Shown here: positions 30,892 to 44,874 of the stretch, in pieces
Position numbering within the stretch: the first letter of the stretch is position 1
How the letters are laid out: each line of letters begins with the position of its first letter
DNA from: an uncultured Verrucomicrobiae bacterium
GTDB taxonomy: Bacteria > Verrucomicrobiota > Verrucomicrobiia > Chthoniobacterales > Terrimicrobiaceae
Assembly (NCBI GenBank): GCA_963706955.1
Contig: CAVPOC010000003.1
Coordinates: 96,001-160,000 of the forward strand
Length of the DNA stretch: 64,000 bases
Reading direction: 5' to 3'
Made by a program: the position numbers and the translations under genes
Notes under the pieces: model-generated
The model's database searches: none
Seen by the model: the letters and a program-made list of their open reading frames with translations, nothing else
Told to the model about the DNA's origin: nothing

Positions 30892-31054
30892 CAGGCCCGC
30901 CTGATAACAGAAACAGACACTATCGGAAGCCGGAAAAACCTTCGCGCTGTCGTATCAATTTCCGGATGGATTTTGCGCGACCACTGTTCCGGGAAACGAA
31001 GAAAAGCGTTGTGGCCATTACCCTTCCCATGGGGCTTTCGGCCTGCGTTTCAAT

Positions 31055-31104
31055 CCGCAGTTTCGAGCAATATCGCGACAGCCCGAGCAAGACCGCGCGC
31101 GACG
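31055..31104 (+). promoter_or_regulatory. Conserved upstream element with GCAA-N16-GCAA direct repeat (AraC-type site candidate)
   Basis: 41 of 50 positions identical by manual alignment to 33180-33229, upstream of the paralogous AKR. Confidence 0.6.
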
Positions 31105-31123
31105 ACGCGCCGGCCTCGATTAG

Positions 31124-32155
<1,032 letters not shown>

Positions 32156-32178
32156 TCTTGCGCAGGTATGGATGCAGC

Positions 32179-33084
32179 TTACCGCTGGCGCCGGTAGTCG
32201 GTCGGAGAAAGGCCGCTCTGTTTGCGAAAGAGCTGCGCAAAGTGGCTTGGGTTTGAGTAGCCGACTTCGATGGCGATCGTAATCACGCTTTTTTTCGTTT
32301 CGCGCAAGAGACGCCGCGCAGTCTCCATACGGAGTCTGATTTGATACTGAGAGGGCGGAACGCCCGTGGCGCGCTTGAAGAGGCGGTTAAAGTGGAACTC
32401 ACTCATGCCGGCCCGTTCGGCCAGTCTCGCCAGGCTGAATTCCTCGGTGAGGTGGTCCCTCATCCAATCGGTAATTTGGCGTAACTTGAAGCCAGGAAGC
32501 GAAGCGGTGTCGCCGCGCGCCGCTTCGGTCAGCGCCACGTAGTTCCGCGCGAGATGGACGGCGATCGCTTGAGCGATTCCTCGGACGAACAGACGGCTGG
32601 CCGAAGGCCTCGTCACCTCCTCTCGCAATTTTTGCAGGAGCGGAATGAGGTGCGGATCTTCGAAGCCAGAAACGTCTCGAAGGCGAGCATGCTTGGCACT
32701 GGCACCAAAGACGTCTTCTAGCGCCTTATTGAAAAGCGGCAGGCTGAGAAGAACGAGCACGACTTCAAACGGTTCAGGCGTAAGGGTTCTCCAGCGGAAA
32801 TCGTAAGGCGCACCGGCAGCCGTGAGGAACAACGAACCCTTTTTCAGGCGATTACTAACCCACGGCCCGTTGTTTTCGCGCTCCTGGGCCTCAGCCTCGC
32901 CGGAAGTAATCCAGACAATGAGGGGTTCCGTCACGGCCGGCATGGTGAAAATCTCAGCGACCGGTGGAAGTGAGAAGACGGAGAGCTGAACATCCCTCCA
33001 GGCCGGGCCTTTGCTGGCGGCGACTTTCTTGCCCAGGACGTATCGGTCAAGCGCTTCGACGGAAGTTGTCTCTGGAACCGGCAT
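32179..33084 (-). CDS. AraC family transcriptional regulator
   Basis: C-terminal double HTH: MSEFHFNRLFKRATG...VGYSNPSHFAQLFRK. Confidence 0.92.
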   Translation of the reverse strand: MPVPETTSVEALDRYVLGKKVAASKGPAWRDVQLSVFSLPPVAEIFTMPAVTEPLIVWITSGEAEAQERENNGPWVSNRLKKGSLFLTAAGAPYDFRWRTLTPEPFEVVLVLLSLPLFNKALEDVFGASAKHARLRDVSGFEDPHLIPLLQKLREEVTRPSASRLFVRGIAQAIAVHLARNYVALTEAARGDTASLPGFKLRQITDWMRDHLTEEFSLARLAERAGMSEFHFNRLFKRATGVPPSQYQIRLRMETARRLLRETKKSVITIAIEVGYSNPSHFAQLFRKQSGLSPTDYRRQR

Positions 33085-33092
33085 GCTTTTAG

Positions 33093-34262
<1,170 letters not shown>

Positions 34263-34338
34263 CGCGTAAACCTCTTTGGCCGGAGGAGCGCTGCACCCGC
34301 ACGCAGGAACATTCAGACGACTTCAAATACGTCACTGG

Positions 34339-35665
<1,327 letters not shown>

Positions 35666-35786
35666 GTGAATGCATCGTTGTTGCACGTCTGCGTTGGTTC
35701 ACGTGCAACTCTAAGGGCAATATCGCGTCTGTCACTAGCACGGGGTGCCAAAGGACTAGCAAAACACGACAGTTTGCGCCGAGGTA

Positions 35787-36842
35787 TTAGCTCCGTTTGG
35801 ATTTGCGACGCTGATTCGCGGCTCGCCATTCGGCGGGCGTTTTGCCCTCCCACGAGCGGAACGCGCGGAAGAAGGAATTCGGATCCTCGTAACCAAGGAG
35901 AAATGCTGCTTCAGTAATTTCGACTGACGCATTGCCCAGATATTGCCGGCCCAATTCATGGCGGGTTTCGTTGAGCAGTTCCCTGAAGGTGGTTCCCTCG
36001 TCGGTGATGCGGCGTTGCAGGGTGCGCTCGCTCATACCCAGCTCTTTAGCGACCATCAAGAGGAGGTCGGGCCGACTGCCGGCCAGCAAGCGTTTCAGAA
36101 CCCACTTCACCTGCTCAAGGATGCTCTCTTTCGTTCGTCGCTCCTTCAGGTCGTGTTCGAACTGGGGCGCGAGCATTTGTAGGAGTTCATCATTGTGCGT
36201 GACAAAGGGAAGCTCCAGATCGGAAGTGCGCAGAATAAGCGCATCGCGAGTGGCGCGATATTTCACCGGACAACCAAAGTATTCCTCGAAGCGATTCTCA
36301 CGTTCAACCGGCCGCGTGAGTTCGATCCGCTTGGGATTCAGCCTGGTCTTCGTGCCGCGGCGGCCAAGCTCCGTCACGAGCGCGAAAACCGCATCGATCA
36401 GTAACGCGGGCGGCGGCTCCTCCCCGGCAAAGGGCCAGAAGATCTCGACCAGAACCTCATCGCCCTTGGAGGTGATCCGAAACTCCTCGGCGCTGCAAAG
36501 CTGTTTGTAGCGCGCGAGTCTCTCTATGCATTCCCGATAAGTTCGAGCGTGCAGAGCGGCGAGGAGGGTTGGATGATACTGGTCGCTGTCGACCTGGCTC
36601 ATGAATTTCCAGCCGATCGTGGGATCCTTGGACAGATCGCGAATGGCTCGCCAAATCGAGAAGTTTTGAGCCGTGGTGACGAGGCCCTCCCCGGTGTAAA
36701 CTGTGGGCGGGAGGTTGCTTCGGCGAAGGACCGCACCCGGGGTGAGGCCGATGGACTTCAGTCCAGCCCAAAAAACGCCCGGGAGCTTGATGCGATCCTG
36801 CGCGTTGCTGCTTATACGGAAATGGTCCGTTTTAGCTTTCAT
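35787..36842 (-). CDS. AraC family transcriptional regulator (ligand-binding domain plus HTH)
   Basis: GMSERTLQRR, AFLLGYEDPNSFFRAFRSWEGKTP. Confidence 0.92.
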   Translation of the reverse strand: MKAKTDHFRISSNAQDRIKLPGVFWAGLKSIGLTPGAVLRRSNLPPTVYTGEGLVTTAQNFSIWRAIRDLSKDPTIGWKFMSQVDSDQYHPTLLAALHARTYRECIERLARYKQLCSAEEFRITSKGDEVLVEIFWPFAGEEPPPALLIDAVFALVTELGRRGTKTRLNPKRIELTRPVERENRFEEYFGCPVKYRATRDALILRTSDLELPFVTHNDELLQMLAPQFEHDLKERRTKESILEQVKWVLKRLLAGSRPDLLLMVAKELGMSERTLQRRITDEGTTFRELLNETRHELGRQYLGNASVEITEAAFLLGYEDPNSFFRAFRSWEGKTPAEWRAANQRRKSKRS

Positions 36843-37166
36843 GTCTTGCTGTTTGTTGGACGTCCTAATCGTGAAACCAGCATACCGCACAAGATTGCTT
36901 CTGTAACCAGCAGAAGGCGCCAATCAACTTGCAAAAGGCGTCATAGGTAGAAAACAGTAGATTCTTAACGCAGTTCCACTGCATTCTCGGCCGCACAACT
37001 AAGGGCTACGTGAGCACATCGCACTGTGCGATAGGGGTCGAACCTGGGGTGATGCCAAATCATGGCTATTCTCCACGTTAGCCGTTCGATCAATGTCGGA
37101 AGCGAGGAGACTAGTTTATCCGCTCCCGCCTTGCGATTAGCGGAACAAACAGTTAGGTCTCTCTTG

Positions 37167-37811
37167 ATGCGGACCGGCTGTGCTCTGGACTTCAACAAAC
37201 GTTTAGCGCTTCTGGCCGGGAGTCTCGTGCTGGCGGCCGTGCTGTCCGTTGTCTCGACAGGGGCGCAGGAACCACTCAAGCCTCTCGAAAAGAAGCCTGA
37301 AGTTCCCTACATGCCCACGCACGAGAAGGTCGTCGCGGAGATGTTGAAGGTGGCCAAGGTGGGCAAGGACGACGTCCTCTACGATCTCGGATCCGGCGAC
37401 GGTCGCATCGTCATCACCGCCGCCAAGGAGTTCGGCACCCGCGGCGTCGGCGTCGATATCGATCCAGACTTAATCAGGGAGGCTCGCGAGAATGCGATTA
37501 AGGCTGGCGTGGCCGACAAGGTGACGTTTATCCAGCAGGATCTCTTCGAGACCGACATCCGCGACGCCACCGTTGTCACCCTCTATCTGCTGCCCGAGAT
37601 AAACCTGCAGCTGCGCCCCAAGCTCCTCAGCGATCTGAAGCCCGGCACCCGCGTAGTCTCTCACAACCACGACATGGGTGATTGGAAACCGCTCAAGACG
37701 TTAAGGGTGCGCATACCCCACGAGTATGTGATCTCCAAAACGCTGAACATGCGCGTGCCGCATCAGCACAAGATTTATTACTGGATTGTGCCGCCGCGCA
37801 CCGCTCCCTGA
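37167..37811 (+). CDS. Class I SAM-dependent methyltransferase with signal-peptide-like N-terminus
   Basis: VPYMPT, YDLGSGDGRI motif I, VVTLYLLP, PGTRVVSH. Confidence 0.88.
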   Translation: MRTGCALDFNKRLALLAGSLVLAAVLSVVSTGAQEPLKPLEKKPEVPYMPTHEKVVAEMLKVAKVGKDDVLYDLGSGDGRIVITAAKEFGTRGVGVDIDPDLIREARENAIKAGVADKVTFIQQDLFETDIRDATVVTLYLLPEINLQLRPKLLSDLKPGTRVVSHNHDMGDWKPLKTLRVRIPHEYVISKTLNMRVPHQHKIYYWIVPPRTAP

Positions 37812-38307
37812 CCGGGGAACTACAGCCTCTCAGGCGTGCAGGAGGAAAGAACATGCCCGCCCTACCTAATTGGGTGCCCCGGGTTACTTGCATCGGCGCG
37901 ACAAGAACATTTTATTATCGCGACGACGACCCAACGACTGCCACCGATGACGGTGCGCGAAGGCGTAGGCCGCCGCACGTTTGGCGAGCTTTCGGGGCCT
38001 GCCAGTCCCCAAATACGGGATTTTGGAACGCGTAGTTGACACCCCACGAGTCGACGTCTTCCTAAGGCATTCCCTCTTGATTGAAGTCGGACGTTGTCAG
38101 CTCGGTCAAAGACTATCGCAAAGCATTCTCCCGCGGTCGGAGGATTTATCGCATAAAAACTTGTTGAATAGTTCCTTCCATCCTAAATTAGAAGGGTCAA
38201 TTAAACGACTTACCCCCTCCCCCTGCCCTATGAGAACACTCGTTCGAGTGAATCGTGCAGCTCCGTTCGGGCTGCTTTCAGAAACAGGAAAGGCCGTCTT
38301 GAAAAGG

Positions 38308-39252
38308 ATGGGCCTCTTTTTGCGAATCCTAGCTGTCATCACGACGTTCTTCATCCCCGTTGTTGGTTCGGCAGCAGACAAAACAATCTACTATTGGGTC
38401 TCACACGGAGCGCCGGCCGATCCGGTCTGGACCTACTTTCTGCAAGGCGCCGAGCAATGGGCGAAAGACACTGGCAATGAGGTTCGCACTTCGTTCCACA
38501 GCGGCGATGTCCCATCGCAACAGGAAGCAATTCGCGCTGCCATCTCGGCGAAGGCGAGAGGTATTGTCACCAGCACACCTGATCCAGGCAGTCTGACTAA
38601 GGTCATTGCCGATGCCCATGCGGCCGGCATTCCGGTGATCATTATGAACACTGAGGACAAGACCAGTGGTCGCGACGCCTACGTCGGCGGCGACAACGTC
38701 GCGATTGGTGCGCGTTGGGCGCAGTATCTGGTCGATCATAATTTCGTCAAAAAGGGCGATTTCGTCTGGATGCCGGTAGAAGTGCCTGGTGCGACTTACC
38801 AGGTGCTCGAAACCCAAGGGATCGATTCCGTATTTAAACCGCTCGGTATAACCTACGAAATTACTGAAGCAAAACTCGATCAGGCCGAGATCATCACGCG
38901 AATGTCGAACTATCTCACGGCCAACCGCGGCAAGATCAAGGCGATCATCGGCTTGGGGGATTTGGTGACGGGAAGTATTAAGCGGGTCTTCGATCAAGTC
39001 AAAGTCAAGCCAGGTGAAATTCCCGTGGTTGGCTGGGGTAATTCGATCGATACCGCTCAGGAAGTCTTAGATGGCTATGTCAACGCGGCGATGTGGCAGG
39101 ACCCGCAAGCGACCAGCTATCTAGCTCTTTCACTGGCGGCGATGGCGGCCAGCGGTATTCCGCCAGGATTCGATATCAGTGTCGGGACGCTGTACGAAAA
39201 GGACAAAGCCGCCAACTATCTCAAGATCATGCAGGGTGCGGGGAAAAGGTAA
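38308..39252 (+). CDS. Sugar ABC transporter substrate-binding protein
   Basis: Signal peptide; VSHG..DPVW, AYVG, WQDP; first gene of an ABC triplet. Confidence 0.85.
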   Translation: MGLFLRILAVITTFFIPVVGSAADKTIYYWVSHGAPADPVWTYFLQGAEQWAKDTGNEVRTSFHSGDVPSQQEAIRAAISAKARGIVTSTPDPGSLTKVIADAHAAGIPVIIMNTEDKTSGRDAYVGGDNVAIGARWAQYLVDHNFVKKGDFVWMPVEVPGATYQVLETQGIDSVFKPLGITYEITEAKLDQAEIITRMSNYLTANRGKIKAIIGLGDLVTGSIKRVFDQVKVKPGEIPVVGWGNSIDTAQEVLDGYVNAAMWQDPQATSYLALSLAAMAASGIPPGFDISVGTLYEKDKAANYLKIMQGAGKR

Positions 39253-40239
39253 TTGGCCGCACCAATTTCGCTCCTCCAAAGGCTAGTCGCGAGGCCCGAG
39301 TTCGGACCGTTTGTCCTGCTCGTGGTCGGAATGGTCGCTTTCACCGTACGATCGCCAGCGTTTCTCTCGCTGGGCAACGTCAGCAATTTCCTGGCGTTCA
39401 CCCCTGAGCTGGGGATGATCGCCTTGGGCATGACCCTTCTGATGATCTCCGGCGAGTTCGACCTTTCCGTGGGCTCGGTGTTTGGCTTTGCGCCAATCGT
39501 GATGTGGACTTTCTACAATGCTCAAATTACCTCTCTGGAGATAGGCTTCCTGATCGCGATCGCGATTGCGGTGGTCATCGGTTTCGCCAACGGCATGTTG
39601 GTTACCCGCCTCAAGATACCGTCATTCCTGGTCACGCTGGGCATGCTGCTGGTCGTGCGCGGAACCGCCCTCTACATCACCAGCGGTTTTCCGCAGCGGA
39701 CCTGGACCGCCAAATCGCCTCTAATGACGATCCTTGTCGGCGAATTTTCCATTGGCCAACTGCGTATCCACACCTCCCTGCTCTGGTTCATCCTGTTCGC
39801 CATCATCCTGGGTTACGTCCTGACACAAACCAAAGCTGGCAATTGGATTCAGGCCGCAGGCGGCAATCCGGAAGCGGCGCGTGCACGCGGCGTACACGTC
39901 GCGCGTACCAAGGTGCTGCTATTCATCTTGACGGCAGTCATGTCTGCCTATGCCGGTATTACCAGCTCAATCCGGGTCTCAGCCGCCAATCCAAACAGCG
40001 GCACTCAATACGAGCTGGAGGTGATTGCCATGGTCGTAATCGGCGGGACGGCGCTGAGCGGAGGACGTGGAACGATTATCGGCACCGTAATCGGTGTGCT
40101 GATCCTGCGAATGATGCAAAACGGAATCATACTGATCGGCGTTCCCGGCTTGGCCTATAATATTTTCATCGGTGCGATCATCTTAGTCATGATGGCGCTG
40201 CATTCCTGGCTTGAACGCAGACATCGCGCGGGGACTTAA
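39253..40239 (+). CDS. Sugar ABC transporter permease
   Basis: GEFDLSVGS, PSFLVTLG, GGNPEAARARG, ELEVIAMVVIGGT. Confidence 0.92.
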   Translation: MAAPISLLQRLVARPEFGPFVLLVVGMVAFTVRSPAFLSLGNVSNFLAFTPELGMIALGMTLLMISGEFDLSVGSVFGFAPIVMWTFYNAQITSLEIGFLIAIAIAVVIGFANGMLVTRLKIPSFLVTLGMLLVVRGTALYITSGFPQRTWTAKSPLMTILVGEFSIGQLRIHTSLLWFILFAIILGYVLTQTKAGNWIQAAGGNPEAARARGVHVARTKVLLFILTAVMSAYAGITSSIRVSAANPNSGTQYELEVIAMVVIGGTALSGGRGTIIGTVIGVLILRMMQNGIILIGVPGLAYNIFIGAIILVMMALHSWLERRHRAGT

Positions 40240-40244
40240 AACAT

Positions 40245-41000
40245 ATGTCAGACGAACTCGTGCGGATGGAGCACGTCAACAAGTTTTTCGGGCGAGTGCA
40301 GGCGCTCAACGACGTCACTCTGTCGGTCCAGCGAAATGAGATCGTCGGTCTGCTGGGCGACAACGGTGCGGGCAAATCGACACTAATAAAAATCCTCTCC
40401 GGTGCGCTCAGAGCGGACACCGGAGACATCTATATGCATGGGAAGAAGGTTGACATTCGCAGTACGAGCGATGCAATTGCTCAAGGGATCGAGACGATCT
40501 ATCAAGATTCGGCACTGGTGACGCAGCTCTCGATCGCACGCAACCTGTTTCTAGGCCGCGAACCGGTGAGAGGGCCTCGTCTTCTCGACCGGCTCGATCA
40601 GAAATCAATGAACGAGGTAGCGCGCGATTTGCTCAAGCGGGTCGGTATCACGAAAGAAATTCCGCCAACTACTCCGGTCAGTGCTTTGTCCGGTGGCGAA
40701 CGACAAGCGGTCGCTATTGCCCGGGCGATGCACTTCGACAGCGATCTGATTATTCTTGATGAGCCAACGAATAATCTCGGCGTTGACGAGACCAAGGGGG
40801 TGCTGCGCTTCGTTCGCGGCGCCCGTGATTCTGGGCATTCGTGTATCCTTATCGCCCATAATATTTACCATGTATTTCAGGTGGTTGATCGCATTATCGT
40901 GCTGCGGAGAGGCAAAACGGTCGCGGACGACATCGATCCTAAGCAGACGACGATTCAAGCGGTGGAGGGCATCATTACAGGTTTGGCGATCAGCGAGTAA
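40245..41000 (+). CDS. Single-domain sugar ABC ATPase
   Basis: GDNGAGKST, LSGGERQ, LDEPT. Confidence 0.93.
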   Translation: MSDELVRMEHVNKFFGRVQALNDVTLSVQRNEIVGLLGDNGAGKSTLIKILSGALRADTGDIYMHGKKVDIRSTSDAIAQGIETIYQDSALVTQLSIARNLFLGREPVRGPRLLDRLDQKSMNEVARDLLKRVGITKEIPPTTPVSALSGGERQAVAIARAMHFDSDLIILDEPTNNLGVDETKGVLRFVRGARDSGHSCILIAHNIYHVFQVVDRIIVLRRGKTVADDIDPKQTTIQAVEGIITGLAISE

Positions 41001-41132
41001 TCGTCTTCGCTAAGGGCGACGTTTTACCAAGCGCTCGCGGGTGGACACGGTGGTTCCCGCTGCCCTCAGCTATCTATTGCTCTCAGTGACGCGAGGCTTA
41101 GGTATCTGTCCGGGTCACATCCACATGCTAAG

Positions 41133-42077
41133 CTAACTCGCAGCAATCATCGAGACGACCATTTTCCCGCGTCCGTGACGTTGCTCGACCGTTCCACAGT
41201 AGGCGTCGGAGGCCCGCACAAACGGCACCACGGCATCGACGAAGCATTGAAGCTCACCGCTGTCCAGCAAGCGGGATATTTCCGTCAGTTCCTGCTGGTT
41301 CGGCTCGACGATGAAAAACGCCTTTTCGATGCGCTCGTCTTTGGTTCCCTCGCTATCAGCGGCAATAGTGACCATGCGGCCTGAGGGCTTAAGCAGACTC
41401 CATGAGCGTTTTAAAGTTTCTCCACCGACGGCATCGAACACGACATCGAGATCATCGGCTCTGTCTTCAAATCTATCGTTGCGGTAATCTATCATTTCGT
41501 TAGCCCCGAGCTTTGATAGAAAGTTGAAGTTTCGCCTGGAGGCGCTGGTAATCACATGCGCTCCGGCTCGTCGCGCGAGTTGAATCGCAAAGATACCCAC
41601 CGCCCCGGATCCGCCGTGGATCAGAATTCGCTCGCCTGGTTTCAGGTTCGCCCGATCGAACAGTCCCTGCCACGCCGTCAAAGCACCAATGGGGACGGTC
41701 GCCGCTTCCGGGTGACTCAATCGGGGAGGCTTTTGGGCTACTGAAGTCGAGGCGGTGGTACAATACTCGGCGGTAGCGCCATCAGCAAACCAGCCGTTCA
41801 TTCCGAAGACCTCCTGCCCGATCTGGCCCTGATCGGCATCCGGACCGGCGGCCTCGACCACGCCGGAGAATTCGTGCCCGGGAATCGCGCCGGTTCTCCT
41901 TCCCCCGTCTGGGGTATGCGTGGTCGGATACCACTGCAGCTCCGTTGGGGTCACCCCCGCCGCTTGGACGCGAATGAGAATTCCCTCACGACCGGGCTGG
42001 GGCACCGGAGCCGTGCCCGCGATCAGGGCGGGAGAATCCAAGGAATCGTTGAAACGCATGACCTTCATCGCTTTCAT
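41133..42077 (-). CDS. NADP-dependent MDR oxidoreductase (quinone reductase-like)
   Basis: PGHEFSG, ALTAWQGL, IHGGSGAVG, RGKMVV. Confidence 0.9.
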   Translation of the reverse strand: MKAMKVMRFNDSLDSPALIAGTAPVPQPGREGILIRVQAAGVTPTELQWYPTTHTPDGGRRTGAIPGHEFSGVVEAAGPDADQGQIGQEVFGMNGWFADGATAEYCTTASTSVAQKPPRLSHPEAATVPIGALTAWQGLFDRANLKPGERILIHGGSGAVGIFAIQLARRAGAHVITSASRRNFNFLSKLGANEMIDYRNDRFEDRADDLDVVFDAVGGETLKRSWSLLKPSGRMVTIAADSEGTKDERIEKAFFIVEPNQQELTEISRLLDSGELQCFVDAVVPFVRASDAYCGTVEQRHGRGKMVVSMIAAS

Positions 42078-42179
42078 AGTGGATCCATTTTGCATTGAGG
42101 CTGTTTCTTGAGAGAGTGAAAACCTTTGAGCTGACGGGCGACGCTGTTGACGCGCGGGGATTTTCGACCCTGCAGAAGC

Positions 42180-43088
42180 CTACTCGCTGAGCCACTCCAA
42201 CCGGCGCGGGCTGAAAGCAAAGGTCCTCTTGGCCTTTTCGTTCGATGCGCCGTCAAGCTTTGTGCCGTAGTAAACGGCGTCCTCGCCAGCTGCCTCGCGC
42301 GCTTGTTCTTCGGTGATCCTGGGCGGCGCTGGCGCTCCCAGCCAACGGGCGAACTCCGGCAACCATCGGCTGACCGGGGAAGGATCGTCATCGACGATAT
42401 TGTAAATTCCGCTCGGCGCCGTCAGCGCCAAAACGGTGGCGACCGCCGCGTCCTCAATGTGAATCCAAGACCAGACTCCTGGTCCTTCTCCAATGATGGG
42501 CATTTCTCCACGTCGAACCTGATCGGCGACGGCCCCATCGGGGTGATACCAGGTCCTCGGGCCATAGAAAAATCCATAGCGAAGACCGACACATTCGAGT
42601 TCCCCTGCATCCTGGAGTCGTGCTTCCAACTCGGCATACATTTGAGCGCTCAGAGTAACGGCAGGGCTCGCCTCGGTCACCAGATCGTCGGACTCGCCAG
42701 CCAGTCCGGCGCGCGCCTTGAGAAAGAAGCCGCTCAGCTGTTGAATGTATCGACGCACGCCCGCTGCCTGGGCAGCGCGTAGCAGGTTGCCGCCCCCCTC
42801 GAGCCGCAGCTTCCGATCGCCGGGAATTGCCGCGGCAATTTGTGAAGGATCTTTCGGCAGCGACGTAAGCTGGTTGATGACGACATCGGCCTCTGACTGT
42901 CGCAAAGCGTCTCGCAGGGAAGATTCATCAAATGCGTCTGCAGTCACAACCGTCGCTCCCAGTTCGTTGAGCCTCTTTGCTCCGGCCTCCGAACGAGACA
43001 TCGCGGTTACGGTGTGCCCTCGACGAATCAATTCCGCGATCAGCGGTTGGCCAATTGCGCCGCTCGCTCCGGCAACAAAAATTTTCAT
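42180..43088 (-). CDS. NAD-dependent epimerase/dehydratase family protein
   Basis: VAGASGAIG, LRYGFFYGP, WIHIEDAA, YNIVDDDP. Confidence 0.88.
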   Translation of the reverse strand: MKIFVAGASGAIGQPLIAELIRRGHTVTAMSRSEAGAKRLNELGATVVTADAFDESSLRDALRQSEADVVINQLTSLPKDPSQIAAAIPGDRKLRLEGGGNLLRAAQAAGVRRYIQQLSGFFLKARAGLAGESDDLVTEASPAVTLSAQMYAELEARLQDAGELECVGLRYGFFYGPRTWYHPDGAVADQVRRGEMPIIGEGPGVWSWIHIEDAAVATVLALTAPSGIYNIVDDDPSPVSRWLPEFARWLGAPAPPRITEEQAREAAGEDAVYYGTKLDGASNEKAKRTFAFSPRRLEWLSE

Positions 43089-43612
43089 GTCTGATAATTT
43101 GGACTACGGGCTGGCGACTATTCAATGAATACTCATCGCAAAACTCCACGGCATGGATCTTGGCATCGAAAGGAATTTTCCTAACTCTCGCGGTTTTGCG
43201 GGACAACCTTGCTTGAGTAGTTGCTAGCAATCTTTGGGAGCTTGATGTTGGTAACAAGCCCTTATCGGCAATTTTTTTGGTGAAGCGTGAGACGGCTCTA
43301 CGAAACCCGTCCCGGAAACGCTTGGCTCAAAGACAAATCTAAGCGGGCAGGTTGCCAGTGAGACGCCCACTCTGCGGACCAAATTCGCATCCCAAGAGCA
43401 AACAAGCGCGAATGCCGTGCGAAAGCAGGTCGCGGGAATGCTCGTCGAGAGCCCCTTGCCTCGTCCTTTCCGCACGAGCGTCATCGGCTCGAACATCTGA
43501 CCGAAGAAATGAACACTCGTCCCGATCTGTGAACGCGGACGAGACCAAGCGGCTTCTAATCCAGGCGCGGAGCCCGAAATTCAGCAACACCACCCTGGTC
43601 GAGCGGTCACTC

Positions 43613-44773
43613 TCATCGCACCAGTCGAAAGAAGGCACGAACCTCATCGACGAATAGCTCCGGCTGTTCGAAGGCGGCGAAGTGCCCGCCCCGGTCGAGT
43701 TCGTTCCAGTAGCGAATGTCGAGGAAGCGCTTCTCCGCCCACCGTCGCGACGGGCGCTGGAGCTCCTTGGGGAAAATCGAGCAGCCGGTGGGAACGGCGA
43801 CGGTGTCGGTCGTGCGCCCGGAGATCCACTCGTTTACCTGCCTGATGCTCTCCCAATAGAGTCGCGCGGAGGAAGCGCCGGTGCGGGGTAGCCAGTAGAG
43901 CATGAGATTATCGAGCAGTTCGTCTCTGGTCAGCACACTCTCCAGATCGCCGTCGCAGTCGGTCCATGCCCAGAACTTCTCGATGATCCAGGCGCAGAGC
44001 GCGGCAGGCGAGTCCACGAGCGCGTAGCCGATGGTCTGAGGTCGGGTGGAGTGCTCCCGCGAGTAGCCGGAGTCCCATTTGTCGGATTGCTCAAGGGAAG
44101 CGAGCGCCGCGCGCTCTCGCTCGGTTAGATCGTCGAACGTCGCCGGGTCTGGCGGCGCGAGCGGCGGCATCAGGTGAATACCCGCCACGTGCTCCGGGGC
44201 TTGCTGGCCGATACTCGCGCTGACGCTGGTTCCCCAGTCGCTCCCTTGTGCGCCGTAGCGCTCGTAGCCCAACCGGTCCATTAGGACGGTCCAAGCGGCA
44301 GCGATCCGCTCGATGCCCCAGCCCGGCTGCGCCGGTTTGTCGCTAAAGCCGTAGCCTGGTAGCGACGGGCAGACGACGTGGAAGGCGTCAGCCGTCTCGC
44401 CACTGTGCGCAGTAGGGTCGGTGAGCGGCACGATGACTTTGAGGAACTCGATGATCGACCCGGGCCAGCCGTGCGTGATAACGAGTGGCAGGGCCTCTGC
44501 GTGCGGGGAGCGGATGTGCAGGAAGTGGATCCCGAGCCCGTCGATCACCGTTCGGAACTGGGGGAGCGCGTTTAGCCGCGCCTCGGTGGCGCGCCAGTCG
44601 TATTCCTCGCCCCAATACAGGCAGAGATCACGCACATAGGCGAGCGGGACGCCCTGCGACCAGTCCTCGACCGTCTCACGCTCTGGCCAACGGGTGTGTT
44701 TGAGACGCTGGCGCAGGTCGCGAAGGTCCGCCTCAGAGACCTCGATGCGAAACGGCTTCACTTCGTCAGACAT
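43613..44773 (-). CDS. Epoxide hydrolase (microsomal EH-like)
   Basis: YDWR, THGWPGS, PSLPGYGFS, QGSDWG nucleophile, GGHFAAFEQP. Confidence 0.93.
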   Translation of the reverse strand: MSDEVKPFRIEVSEADLRDLRQRLKHTRWPERETVEDWSQGVPLAYVRDLCLYWGEEYDWRATEARLNALPQFRTVIDGLGIHFLHIRSPHAEALPLVITHGWPGSIIEFLKVIVPLTDPTAHSGETADAFHVVCPSLPGYGFSDKPAQPGWGIERIAAAWTVLMDRLGYERYGAQGSDWGTSVSASIGQQAPEHVAGIHLMPPLAPPDPATFDDLTERERAALASLEQSDKWDSGYSREHSTRPQTIGYALVDSPAALCAWIIEKFWAWTDCDGDLESVLTRDELLDNLMLYWLPRTGASSARLYWESIRQVNEWISGRTTDTVAVPTGCSIFPKELQRPSRRWAEKRFLDIRYWNELDRGGHFAAFEQPELFVDEVRAFFRLVR

Positions 44774-44874
44774 ATGCGAAAGTTTGCGATATTTGGCCGG
44801 CAAACGAAACCCAAGCGACGAAAAAAGACCTGTTCGTCACATTCCTATCTTGAAGCGAACTCACTCGCAGCGTT

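Noticed and set aside
37853..38035. 60 aa ORF with AGGAGG RBS after the methyltransferase
   Set aside because: No recognisable motif or composition support; an RBS alone is not enough
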